Below, piece by piece: positions 11,098 through 21,153 of a stretch of DNA of 57,461 bases. The position numbers and the translations under genes were made by a program. How positions within the stretch are numbered: the first letter of the stretch is position 1; every line of letters starts with the position of its first letter. Below the pieces are notes generated by a model. That model saw only the letters and a program-made list of their open reading frames with translations. It searched no databases and was not told where the DNA came from. Source of the DNA: a bacterium (GTDB lineage Bacteria > SZUA-182 > DTGQ01); contig JBFMGO010000016.1 of the NCBI GenBank assembly GCA_040752695.1, positions 6,637 through 64,097 on the forward strand, in the 5' to 3' direction.

Positions 11098-12498
11098 TTA
11101 ATCAAGAAACATAAAAATCCGGGCAAAGCGGTCAGACAACGAATCTTTCCTGGTCAGGCCCAATTCCTCCAGTTTTTTGACCATGAGGCTCTGAAATTGT
11201 TTTTTATCGCAAGACACAGAAGCCCCCTCGACAATCAATTGGCGGATTTGCGTTTCAGGAATACGGATGGCCATCCCTCTGATCATTCTTCTCAGTTCAT
11301 GAATCTTTTGAGCCAGGCTTCTCTTTCCCGGTATGATACGATCGATCATCTGCAATACTTCGGATTGCGTGTTCTGCTTCAGAAAGGACTGCATTTCAGG
11401 CCAGGTATATTCTTTTTCCAACCCTTGCTGTAAGAGTTCCAGCAATCGTTCTTCATCGAGCAGCGGATTATCCTTGTGGATTTTTTTTCGCATCTCAAAG
11501 AGGAAAAACTGCATTTTCCTTTCCTCTTCCCATTTACCTATTTCCCTGCTCCTTTTTTCCCCATACTCGGCCAAAAGGTACTGCGGAATGATCTTTTGAT
11601 CCGCATTTTGGATCGCCTGATGAGTCAGCCACTGGGGTAAATATTTTAAATATCCGCTCTTGATCCTGTCGATTTCAGCCAGGTCTTTCGAGGCATGCAT
11701 GACGGAAGTAATAAATAATCCCGCTGAAGCGAAAAAGGCACAAAGCCCGAATCCTCCTATCGACCACCTGAGCAGCGGGACCAATCTCTGGGCGTTCAGG
11801 ATAAACTGAATACAACAGAGTATCGAGACGCCGAAAAAGCCTTGAGAAAACATGAAATAGGTCACCCAGCGAGAACTCATGCTATTGATGAAAAGCCCCA
11901 AAAGGTCCTCTTTCTCAAGAATTTCAGTTGGCTTGGCTTCCCGTTGTAAATAGATGGCATAGGGGGTGGGTCTTGACAGGAACTGTCTGGCTGTTCGCTC
12001 CAGAAGGACGGCAAGGCTGTCAGAATCGCTGATGGACTCATGCTCGGAAGATGGAATGATTGCTTTCAGCTTGACTGTCAGGAGGGCGTATATTGATTCA
12101 CCCAGTAAGGAGTCTGGGTCGATTAACCCGCACTTTTTAGCGTTCAGGCAGGTTTTAAAAATGTATAAACTTACCAGGTAGGCCTTGGCTTCGTTAATCG
12201 AGATCTCTTGCCGGCTATAGTATGGTTTTAAAATATCGGGAATAGGGACGAGGATTTTTTTCTGTTCTTTTCCGAACACTACTCCTAAAAACTTTGCCAA
12301 ATCATATTCACATAAACGGCTGAGCGCCTTTTGTACCTCTTCGAGCTTGATTTTTTCCATCCATTGATAAAACAGGTTCAGCTTTGACCTCATCTGTTTT
12401 TTTTGGCCAACTGTCACCGTGGCATTCAAGTAAGTCTTCGTGAGAATATCCATAAGAATCACTGCTCCAATCTCTCCTGGCAATTTTTCCTTGAGCAT
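11098..12498 (-). CDS. hypothetical membrane protein (two central TM helices)
   Basis: 466-aa ORF with a central hydrophobic hairpin; no family recognised. Confidence 0.7.
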   Translation of the reverse strand: MLKEKLPGEIGAVILMDILTKTYLNATVTVGQKKQMRSKLNLFYQWMEKIKLEEVQKALSRLCEYDLAKFLGVVFGKEQKKILVPIPDILKPYYSRQEISINEAKAYLVSLYIFKTCLNAKKCGLIDPDSLLGESIYALLTVKLKAIIPSSEHESISDSDSLAVLLERTARQFLSRPTPYAIYLQREAKPTEILEKEDLLGLFINSMSSRWVTYFMFSQGFFGVSILCCIQFILNAQRLVPLLRWSIGGFGLCAFFASAGLFITSVMHASKDLAEIDRIKSGYLKYLPQWLTHQAIQNADQKIIPQYLLAEYGEKRSREIGKWEEERKMQFFLFEMRKKIHKDNPLLDEERLLELLQQGLEKEYTWPEMQSFLKQNTQSEVLQMIDRIIPGKRSLAQKIHELRRMIRGMAIRIPETQIRQLIVEGASVSCDKKQFQSLMVKKLEELGLTRKDSLSDRFARIFMFLD

Positions 12499-13082
12499 CT
12501 GACACTTATTAAGACGTCCTCTGTCAGATTCCGGTTATTACAGCCCATCGAGAAATTTTTATGGTTTTTGCTAAAAAAACCGGTCGATTGTGCTCATCTT
12601 TCCCCCCCATTTTTGGCTTTGTTTTTCCTATAATTAATAAATTTAAGTAATGATGAAAAAATTGTCCTCACTATTTCATATCGCCATTCTCCATGGTTCT
12701 CATTGAAGCGTACTGGCAAAAAAACACCTGTTCAGTGAGAGCCTGATAGATAGTAAGAGTTGTCTCGTTATGAATAAGAATGAAAAGAAAGAAGATCAGA
12801 ATTATTACAACCATCTTAATGCTGGGGAAATTATTAAGGACTTCTAGATTATTAAATCGGAATAATAAGATATTTTCTTCTCTTCGAAAATTACAGGTAT
12901 CCTATTACTACAAATAATAGATCAAGGATAACGCAAAATCAAGGGATAAAAAAATAATAATACGGGAAGCCATAAAGGAATGTCAGCTCCTGGCTCCCGG
13001 TTTTCACCCCATAAGACCATTTCTTTATCCTTAGACCCTTTTACAAATTCGGATTTCACTGGTAATATTAAGGAGGTGGTTT

Positions 13083-13379
13083 GTGAGCAGGCCGCCAAAG
13101 AGGACGTCACTTTTTCCAAGGAGAATGCCTATGTCAAGTCGCCGGAAGAAAGATTATTTCTGTACCGTAGTATCGGAAGATGTCAAGATTGCCTTAAAGG
13201 TTAAACCTACCCTGAGCCGCAAACCGACAAACGAGCTTTTTGTGCAGTGCAATCAGCTCGATTGCCAGTATGCGGGCCAAAATACTCCCCCCTGCCCCCT
13301 GCATCTTGAGCTTTTTGCCGAAGAGATCGAAAAGCGTGAAGAAAAACGCAAAGCCAAAAGAATGGATTTTTGCTATTGA
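13083..13379 (+). CDS. small Cys-rich hypothetical protein
   Basis: AGGAGGT before GTG 13083, with an alternative start at ATG 13131 after AGGAG. Contains YFC...CNQLDCQY...PCPL and a basic C-terminal helix. Confidence 0.75.
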   Translation: MSRPPKRTSLFPRRMPMSSRRKKDYFCTVVSEDVKIALKVKPTLSRKPTNELFVQCNQLDCQYAGQNTPPCPLHLELFAEEIEKREEKRKAKRMDFCY

Positions 13380-13667
13380 AAACATGAGAGATGGAAAGCT
13401 TACCTGCCGAAAGCCTGTCGTTCAGTCCTGTTGTGTTATCAGCAAGTAAGGTTTTCGGGGTAAGCTCCCCGTGAAGTCTTTTTCCCCTGATTTTTACCCC
13501 TCACTTTAGTTCAGTCTCAATCGTCATGAGATGGAGAGCCTATCTTGAAAAAATTTTTTTAGACAGTCCACAATTATGTTGTAAAATTATTATAAATATA
13601 ATATATTAATTACAGCTATAAGGACAAACGTAAGTTCTGGTTTTACCTAATTAAAGAAGGGGCTCAC

Positions 13668-15512
13668 ATGACGAAAAGTGCAAAAGAAGAGAAAATTCTC
13701 ATCATCGACGATGAGGTAGAGATTCTGAATTGTCTTTCGCAGATCCTTGGAGCGGAAGGGTATGCAGTATCAACAGCCGATCGGGGGAACAAAGGATTAG
13801 AGCTCATTACCCACAATCCGCCGGATCTGGTTCTTTTGGATGTCAGGATGCCTGATCTCGATGGCCTGGAAACCCTGAAAAGAATCAAGGAATACGACGA
13901 GGATATTATCGTTTTTATCATGACCGCCTATTCCGATGTCAGGGATGCAGTGACTGCGATCAAAGGAGGGGCACACGACTACTTTTCAAAGCCGTTTAAC
14001 CTCAAAGAGACAAAAGACAAACTGCGAAAGGCACTCAAGGAAAAGGCACTGCGGGAAGAGGTTCTCCAACTGCGGAAAGAATTTTACGCCAGGCCGAAGT
14101 TTTCTCACATCGTCACATCCTCGCCGGCTATGCTGAAGGTTTTTCATGATCTCGAAAAGGTCGCTCCCTCAGACATTTCCATCCTGATTACCGGGGAAAG
14201 CGGAACGGGAAAAGAGCTGATTGCCAGAGCCATCCATGAAAACAGCCTCCGTAAACAAGGACCGTTCATACCTATCGATTGCGCAGCCATTCCTGAATCA
14301 CTCTTCGAAAGCGAGGTCTTCGGGCATGAAAAGGGAGCTTACACCAGTGCGGATCAAAAAAGAAACGGTTTGTTCGAAATGGCGCACCGTGGGACCTTAT
14401 TTCTGGATGAGATCGGCAACCTGCAACCCTCCAGTCAGATAAAGCTCCTGCGTGCCATTCAGGAAAAGAAGATCAAGTACATCGGAGGCAAAGAGCTCAT
14501 CGATGTAGATGTCCGGATCATTGCGGCCACCAACCTTGATCTTCAGGAGGCCATGCAAAAGTGCGGATTCCGCGAAGAACTCTTCTATCGGATCAACCAG
14601 TTCAATATCCACCTTCCGCCCTTACGGGAAAGGAAAGAGGATATCGTCCTTTTAGCCAACTATTTCCTGGAACGCTCTGCCGGCAAGAATGGCTCCTCCG
14701 GCAAGAGCCTGACTCCGGAAACCATAGAAATCCTCCTCCAGTACGAATGGCCCGGGAATATCAGGGAACTGGAAAGTGTCATCCATGGAGCTTCAATCCT
14801 GGCCAAGGATGCCATCCGGCCCGAACATCTTAATTATCGGGTAAAGAGCAAGACCTCTGCCTGGATGAAATTATCGATCGATATTCCGGTCAATTCATCT
14901 TTAAAGAAGGTGATGAAAACCACCGCCGAGCAAGTGGAAAAAGCCTATATCCAAAAGACCTTTCTCAAAGCCGGATACAAGAAATACGAAACCAGCAAAC
15001 TCCTTGGTATCGGCCTCAAGACCCTTTACGGAAAACTCAATAAGCACAACCTTTGCCTCCGGTCCAGAGAGCCCAATGAGAAGAAAAAGGAGCAGGCTGT
15101 CTTCCCGGTCGGCATGACCCTGCAGGAAGCATCCTACCAGGTGAGAGAAAAATTGGAGAAGTGGATCATCATCAAGGCCCTCCGTGAGACAGAAGGGAAA
15201 AAGTACAACGCAGCCAAAAAATTGCAGGTTGATTACAAGACCCTCTGGTTAAAATCCAAAAAATATAAAATCGACAATAAGGCTATCTATGAAGAAGAGA
15301 TTCCCCGGCATTTTCTGGGTGTGGACCTGTGCAACACCCTCAGTCTGACCGAAGCCTGCAAGACCGCTTTATCGGTTATGGAAAGGGAACTGATCCAAAA
15401 GACCATTGAAAAAACCCATGGACACAAGACCGAGGCAGCCAAGATCCTGAATATCGATTACAAAACTCTTTATAACAAGATCCTCCAGCACAGCCTGAAT
15501 GAAAAGATATAG
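13668..15512 (+). CDS. NtrC-family sigma-54-dependent response regulator with three C-terminal Fis-type HTH domains
   Basis: Receiver (IIDDE, LLDVRMP, SKP); AAA+ (GESGTGKE, GAYTSA, FLDEI, WPGNIRELE); three E..I...L......K..(A/S)..L.(I/V)..KTL..K repeats. Confidence 0.93.
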   Translation: MTKSAKEEKILIIDDEVEILNCLSQILGAEGYAVSTADRGNKGLELITHNPPDLVLLDVRMPDLDGLETLKRIKEYDEDIIVFIMTAYSDVRDAVTAIKGGAHDYFSKPFNLKETKDKLRKALKEKALREEVLQLRKEFYARPKFSHIVTSSPAMLKVFHDLEKVAPSDISILITGESGTGKELIARAIHENSLRKQGPFIPIDCAAIPESLFESEVFGHEKGAYTSADQKRNGLFEMAHRGTLFLDEIGNLQPSSQIKLLRAIQEKKIKYIGGKELIDVDVRIIAATNLDLQEAMQKCGFREELFYRINQFNIHLPPLRERKEDIVLLANYFLERSAGKNGSSGKSLTPETIEILLQYEWPGNIRELESVIHGASILAKDAIRPEHLNYRVKSKTSAWMKLSIDIPVNSSLKKVMKTTAEQVEKAYIQKTFLKAGYKKYETSKLLGIGLKTLYGKLNKHNLCLRSREPNEKKKEQAVFPVGMTLQEASYQVREKLEKWIIIKALRETEGKKYNAAKKLQVDYKTLWLKSKKYKIDNKAIYEEEIPRHFLGVDLCNTLSLTEACKTALSVMERELIQKTIEKTHGHKTEAAKILNIDYKTLYNKILQHSLNEKI

Positions 15513-15717
15513 ATCTGCTATCGAGAGATAAAAACCGGCGGGCAGAATGCCGAAAAGCAAGGGCGGCATCTTCCTTTTACTGTACCATTTCGGGTGTAAA
15601 AAACTCCCTTTTTCGTTCCTGGTTAATCGAAAAAAAACCGACTAGGTATGTATGGATGATGTATAATTTCATCCATACTGGTTGAAATATTAACTTAGCT
15701 CGGTGATTTGAACAGTT

Positions 15718-16980
15718 ATGCTCGGTACCCAGGATCTTATTCGTCCGACAGCAAAAGTACAGAAGAAAGTTCTCTTAATCGATGATGACCGGTTTATCCT
15801 CCATTCCCTCGGGGAAATGCTGACCATGAAAGGATACCAGGTAATCAAGGCGCAAAGTGCCGAAGAAGGGTTACAGCTCTTTGAGAAGGAGTCTCCGCCG
15901 ATCGTGATGGCTGACATCATGATGCCTGACATGGATGGGCTGGAATTGTTGCAGAAAATACATCGAATTAACTCCGATGCAGAGGTTATCATGATTACTG
16001 CCTACGATCGGGCAGATCTGGCCATCGAGGCCCTGCACCTGCAGGCTGCGGATTTTCTGGCCAAACCTATCCGGCCCCAGCAGCTTTTCTCTTCGGTCAA
16101 GAGGGCAGAAGATCGCATCAGAAATAAAAAGAGAACCAGGCAGTACATCAACCGGCTGGAGCAGGCTCTGGATGACCGCACCCAAAGGCTTCTTCAATCC
16201 GAGAAACAGGCCGCGATCGGCAGCAGGGTCCGGGGGATCATTCACAACGTCTCCACTCCCTTAGCCGTCGTGTCGAGCAGGGCAGAGTATCTGGCCGGCA
16301 AGCTTCAGGACCTCAAGGAGTTACCGGAAGTCCAAAAAAGTCCATCCTTGCAGGAGGGTCTGGACAAGCGGATCAACGAAGTGAATGTAATCCTGAAAAA
16401 TGCTCAGAAAATTGCCATGATCATCGATACGATCCTGACCAAGTCCTATAAGGAGCAGTTTAACCATCTTATCCCCATCGATATAAACGAACTCATTACC
16501 GATGAAATTACTTTTTTCCAGTCGGATTTATATTTCAAGCATAATATTAAATCCCAGCACTGGCTCGATGCGGACCTTCCGAAGGTTAAAATGATTTACA
16601 GCCACCTGTCTCAAGTCCTGGATAACCTTATCAAGAATGCTATCGAAGCCATGTATGACTCTCAGGAAAAAAAGCTGACCATCAGCACAGCCCAGGATGA
16701 GCACAGCATACTGATCAAAATCCAGGATACAGGGTGCGGAATCCCGGCTAAAAACATCAAAAAAATCTTCACCCCCCATTTTACGACAAAATCCTATCAG
16801 CAGCGGGGGGAGAGAGAGCCGATCCCGAGTGGAAGCGGTCTTGGGCTGTCTGCTTCTCTCAACCTGATGGAAATGTACGGGGGAAAGATTCTCGTAAGGA
16901 GCAAACCCAATGAGGGGAGCGAATTCACGATTGTCATCCCCAAAAATCCTGCTCCCCCCCGTGAGACAGAGGTTGAATAA
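15718..16980 (+). CDS. hybrid receiver-histidine kinase
   Basis: Receiver (LIDDD, DIMMP); H-box GIIHNVSTPL; N-box NLIKNA; DTGCGI, FTTK and GSGLGL motifs. Confidence 0.92.
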   Translation: MLGTQDLIRPTAKVQKKVLLIDDDRFILHSLGEMLTMKGYQVIKAQSAEEGLQLFEKESPPIVMADIMMPDMDGLELLQKIHRINSDAEVIMITAYDRADLAIEALHLQAADFLAKPIRPQQLFSSVKRAEDRIRNKKRTRQYINRLEQALDDRTQRLLQSEKQAAIGSRVRGIIHNVSTPLAVVSSRAEYLAGKLQDLKELPEVQKSPSLQEGLDKRINEVNVILKNAQKIAMIIDTILTKSYKEQFNHLIPIDINELITDEITFFQSDLYFKHNIKSQHWLDADLPKVKMIYSHLSQVLDNLIKNAIEAMYDSQEKKLTISTAQDEHSILIKIQDTGCGIPAKNIKKIFTPHFTTKSYQQRGEREPIPSGSGLGLSASLNLMEMYGGKILVRSKPNEGSEFTIVIPKNPAPPRETEVE

Positions 16981-17214
16981 GAGGGAGATTGAAAAGGTGA
17001 TCCTGGTGGAAAAATGGGGAATATCTGAAAAGTACGTACTTTTTGGTTTTCTTTAACGGTGAATTGAGATATAATATTTTCTACGCACAAGGCAATTTGT
17101 AGACTATTATAAAACGGTCGCGACCAACGATTCAGCTATCCAAAAGGATAAAAAAGGGCATTTTCCGGAATACTTTTTTATCCTCACAATACAAAGCAAA
17201 GAGATTTAAATTTC

Positions 17215-19041
17215 ATGGAAAACAATTATCACTCTTTTTATATACCTGTTATGGGTACGGGAAGCTCCGTTGATACACCCATTATGGTGGCTCCTTTGGG
17301 CATTTCTTCAGTTATTTCTCTGGTAGACGATATTTTGCTCGAAAAGGTAAATAAATACTATTGTGAAAAGTACCGGTTACCCTTTCTCAAGACCCTCAGT
17401 AATGAAGTAGACGCCAGGGCCAAGAGGATCACTGCCTATCTTGAGACCGTCCAGGAAATCGTCCGGATGAAAATGGATGCTGTCAGAAAGCAGCCCTTTT
17501 TTGAGAACAATGACAAAAGTAAATATTTTGACTTGCTGCCGGATGACAGTCCTTTGAAAAGGGAGTATCAAAAGCTTCTCGATTCCCGGTCCGGACCTGA
17601 AAAGGCGCTGCTGGCAGAAGATCTGACGCGGAGAATGCAGGCTGGCTCCATTGATGTGAATATCATGGTCACCCTTGACTGTACCAACTATAACGGCAAT
17701 GGCAGTCCCCTCGATGACGAATTCACCGATGCCAAAGCCGCTCTGAGAGGGTATGCCAACAGCAGTCTCCGATCCAGCATTGTTTTTTCGGCTGGAATAA
17801 ATCAGAGATTGTTCAGCTATCTGACCCGGTTCCGCGATTTTTACCGGGACAAAATGGGGGAAATCAAAAAGAAGATCATTCTGAAAGTGAGTGACTTTCG
17901 CTCCGCACTTATCCAGGGCAGGTTCATGGCAAAAAAAGGGCTGGAAATCTATGAATTCCGTATCGAGTCCGGGCTCAACTGCGGTGGACATGCCTTTCCC
18001 ACGAATGGTCATTTGCTTCCCCGCCTGCTTGAAGATTTTAAAGACAAACGCGAACAACTGGCCGCAGAGTTTAATCCGCTCGTTTACAAGTACTACCGGG
18101 CTCAAGGGTGGGAATATCCCGAATCGGCTTTGAACAGCCGTCCTCTCCTCAGTGTGCAGGGAGGAATTGGCACCAATGGAGAAATGCACAGACTCAGGGA
18201 AGATTTCGGTGCGGATCTGACGGGGTGGGCAAGCCCCTTTTTGCTGGTTCCCGAAGCTACCTGTGTGGACAGCTCTACCCGTGAACTTCTCCGGCAGGCT
18301 GGCAAGGCCCAGGTCTATCTGAGTGATGCGTCCCCGCTGGGAGTTCCTTTCAATAATGTGCATGGGACGGGTTCGGAAAACTGGACTCGTGAAATGATAA
18401 AAGCTGGTCAGCCCGGCTCTCTGTGCACGAGGGGTTTTCTGGTATCCAATACGGAATTCACAAAAAAGCCTATCTGTCTTGCCTCCAGGCAATACCAGAA
18501 ACTGAAACTGGAGGAGATTGACAGCATGGCTCTTTCAGACAGTGAACGGGAAAAGCGCCGCGCGAAGGTTATGGAGAAAACCTGCATCTGTTACCACCTC
18601 GGAAACGGAGCCCTCATTGCCCTGGGAATTGCCAGTGAAAAGAATGCACCCCAGGCGATATGCCCCGGCCCTAATATTGCCTGGTTTAACCGGTACTATA
18701 CCCTGAAGGAAATGGTTGACCATATTTATGGCAAGGGGCCCTCCCTGGTTCCGTCCGATCGTCCGCATATGTTCGCCAATGAAATGATCATGTATGTGGA
18801 CTATTTCGAACAGCAGGTAGCTCAGTGTACCTACACGCCTAAAGAGATGAAAACCCTGGAAGAATTCAAGAGCAATCTTGAAGGCGGCATGGACTTTTGC
18901 CTGAGTATCGCCCAAAAACAACCCTATCCTGGAGAAAATCTGGATTCGCTTCGTGTACAGGTCGAGCGGCAAAGAGCGCGCCTTGCATCCATCTTTGCCG
19001 GGCTGAAAAAGAAGGCTGAAGAGTTACTCCTCCCGTGCTAA
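17215..19041 (+). CDS. conserved hypothetical protein; putative FMN TIM-barrel of the nitronate monooxygenase/FabK superfamily with Cys-rich C-terminus
   Basis: 608-aa ORF with IPVMG, ESGLNCGGHAF, VQGGIG, WASPFL and SPLGVPF motifs, plus C-terminal Cys in LCTRG, PICLAS, TCICYHL and ICPGP. The family assignment is inference. Confidence 0.7.
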   Translation: MENNYHSFYIPVMGTGSSVDTPIMVAPLGISSVISLVDDILLEKVNKYYCEKYRLPFLKTLSNEVDARAKRITAYLETVQEIVRMKMDAVRKQPFFENNDKSKYFDLLPDDSPLKREYQKLLDSRSGPEKALLAEDLTRRMQAGSIDVNIMVTLDCTNYNGNGSPLDDEFTDAKAALRGYANSSLRSSIVFSAGINQRLFSYLTRFRDFYRDKMGEIKKKIILKVSDFRSALIQGRFMAKKGLEIYEFRIESGLNCGGHAFPTNGHLLPRLLEDFKDKREQLAAEFNPLVYKYYRAQGWEYPESALNSRPLLSVQGGIGTNGEMHRLREDFGADLTGWASPFLLVPEATCVDSSTRELLRQAGKAQVYLSDASPLGVPFNNVHGTGSENWTREMIKAGQPGSLCTRGFLVSNTEFTKKPICLASRQYQKLKLEEIDSMALSDSEREKRRAKVMEKTCICYHLGNGALIALGIASEKNAPQAICPGPNIAWFNRYYTLKEMVDHIYGKGPSLVPSDRPHMFANEMIMYVDYFEQQVAQCTYTPKEMKTLEEFKSNLEGGMDFCLSIAQKQPYPGENLDSLRVQVERQRARLASIFAGLKKKAEELLLPC

Positions 19042-20991
19042 TTCCTGCTCTGTGGCTTCGATTTGCTCTTCCAACTCGGCCCACCGGTTGGTGAGTTCTT
19101 CGTTCCTGGCTTCAAGCTCTTTATATTCGTACAGTTTCCTTGAAAATTCAGGCTGCCGGTAATAAGTCGGATCGGCGAAGAGTCTGTCCATGTGGGCCAT
19201 TTTTTCCAATACCTGGTTCAGTTCTGCCTGCACTTTTTCCGACTCTTTTCGCAAAGGGCCCAATCTTTTATACCGCTGGTTTCTTTTTTCCGCCTCAAGC
19301 CGCTTTTGCTCCTTGCTCCTGGCTGATTTTCCTTCTCTTGCGGTGCCCTGTAGTGCCACGGTGGCGGAAGGGGATGATGACTTTTCTTTCCTTTGCTCTA
19401 TCTGGTACAGATAATCATCATAATTGCCCAGAAAAGTTTCCAGGTCACCATCTTGAACCTGAATGATTTTATTGGCCAGGTGATTGATGAACAGACGATC
19501 GTGGGAGATCATGCATATGGTGCCCGAGTACTGGCTCAGCGCCTCTTGCAGGCAATCCAGGGAGGGGATATCCAGGTGGTTGGTGGGCTCGTCCAGAAGG
19601 AGGAAATTAGGCCGTTGCGCAATCATTTTGGCCAGGACCAGACGGCTCTTTTCGCCCCCGCTTAAGACCGCCACCTTTTTGAATACATCATCCCCCCGAA
19701 AGAGAAATGCTCCCAGATAAGAGCGGGCAGAAAGGGGGAAATCCAATCCCAGGCAGGAGTCTATTTCATCGAGGACCGTGTTATCCGGGTTCAGGATTTC
19801 CAGTTGATGCTGGGCAAAATAGGCTCTTTGGACATTGTAGCCCACCACCACTTCACCGCTGTCCACTTGCAGTGCACCGGCCATGATTTTCAGCAGGGTG
19901 GATTTTCCCGATCCATTCGGGCCGACCAGGGCGATCCGGTCTCCACGGGTCAAAATCAGATCCAGGCCGTGATAGACCACCCGATCTCCATACTGCTTAT
20001 GCACATTTTTCAATCGCAGGACCTCCTTGCCTGACTGCGGAGCCTGCGGCAAGGCGATCGAGAACTGGCTTGTCTTCTGGTCCAGTTCGATTTTTTCCAT
20101 TTTCTCTAAAGACTTGATCCTGCTTTGCACCTGACGGGCCTTCGTGGCCTTGTAGCGGAATTTTTCGATAAACCGTTCGGTGGCCTCGATTTTCTTTTGC
20201 TGATTTTTATAAGAGGCTTCCAGAATTTCCTGCCTGGACTGCTTTTGCACCAGGAAATCGTCATAGGTTCCTGTGTAAAGCCGGAGTGCCTTTTGATCGA
20301 CCTCCACGATGCGGTTGACGATATTGTTGAGAAACCTTCGGTCATGAGAGATCAGAATCATGGCCCCCTGGTATCCTTGCAGGAATTCCTCAAGCCAGAT
20401 GATCGAATCGAGGTCCAGATGGTTTGTGGGTTCGTCCAAAAGCAGAAGGTCGGGTTCCTGAAGGAGCAGTTTGGCCAAAGAGACGCGCATCCGCCACCCT
20501 CCGCTGAATTCCGCGACAGGCCGATCGAGATCCCTTTCCCGGAATCCCAGCCCAAACAGGATGCGCTTGGCCTGATACTCGAGATCATAGCCGCCGCGGG
20601 CCTCGAACTCGGCCTGATATTCCCCTATCTTTTGGACATACTCCTGGATTTTTTCAGAATCCGTCTCTTCGGCAACTTCTTCCTGCCACAGCTCGATTCG
20701 CTCCTTGATCCGGTTCAGGTGGGGGCAAATGTCGATCGCCTCCTGCAAAAGGGGTCGTGAGGTATCTTCCACCACCTCCTGCTTCAGGCAGCCAATGATC
20801 ATATTTTTGTTTTTCTCGATCTGGCCCGAATCGGGTGACTGCTCTCCCAAAATCAGAGAGAAGAGGGTCGTCTTGCCTGATCCGTTCGGCCCGATCAACC
20901 CGATCCGGTCATTCAGGCTGACCTGCAGGTCAGTATCCTGAAACAATACCTGTGCCCCAAACTGTTTTGATATTTTTTTTAAAGCGAGCAT
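19024..20991 (-). CDS. ABC-F family ATP-binding protein (YheS/Uup-like)
   Basis: Two ABC domains (GPNGSGKT, FSGGWRMR, LDEPTNHLD; GPNGSGKS, LSGGEKSR), no TM segments, C-terminal coiled coil. Confidence 0.95.
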   Translation of the reverse strand: MLALKKISKQFGAQVLFQDTDLQVSLNDRIGLIGPNGSGKTTLFSLILGEQSPDSGQIEKNKNMIIGCLKQEVVEDTSRPLLQEAIDICPHLNRIKERIELWQEEVAEETDSEKIQEYVQKIGEYQAEFEARGGYDLEYQAKRILFGLGFRERDLDRPVAEFSGGWRMRVSLAKLLLQEPDLLLLDEPTNHLDLDSIIWLEEFLQGYQGAMILISHDRRFLNNIVNRIVEVDQKALRLYTGTYDDFLVQKQSRQEILEASYKNQQKKIEATERFIEKFRYKATKARQVQSRIKSLEKMEKIELDQKTSQFSIALPQAPQSGKEVLRLKNVHKQYGDRVVYHGLDLILTRGDRIALVGPNGSGKSTLLKIMAGALQVDSGEVVVGYNVQRAYFAQHQLEILNPDNTVLDEIDSCLGLDFPLSARSYLGAFLFRGDDVFKKVAVLSGGEKSRLVLAKMIAQRPNFLLLDEPTNHLDIPSLDCLQEALSQYSGTICMISHDRLFINHLANKIIQVQDGDLETFLGNYDDYLYQIEQRKEKSSSPSATVALQGTAREGKSARSKEQKRLEAEKRNQRYKRLGPLRKESEKVQAELNQVLEKMAHMDRLFADPTYYRQPEFSRKLYEYKELEARNEELTNRWAELEEQIEATEQELAREE

Positions 20992-21153
20992 GATAAACTT
21001 TCCTGGTTATTTTTGTCTCTTTCTTTTTTTATCTGTTTATTGTATTGAAATAACAAGATTCCGTCAACCAGATTTTCTCTTCTTCCAAACAGGAGGCATA
21101 TCACACGCAAGACCCTTGAATCCTGAAGTGAAAGAGGGTAATATTAATAAGAT

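Noticed and set aside
13377..13466. Selenocysteine readthrough of the TGA after ...FCY, using the downstream hairpin as SECIS
   Set aside because: The stem has a 32-nt loop unlike a bacterial SECIS, the extension would be only ~27 aa with no redox motif, and the protein already ends in a natural basic tail.
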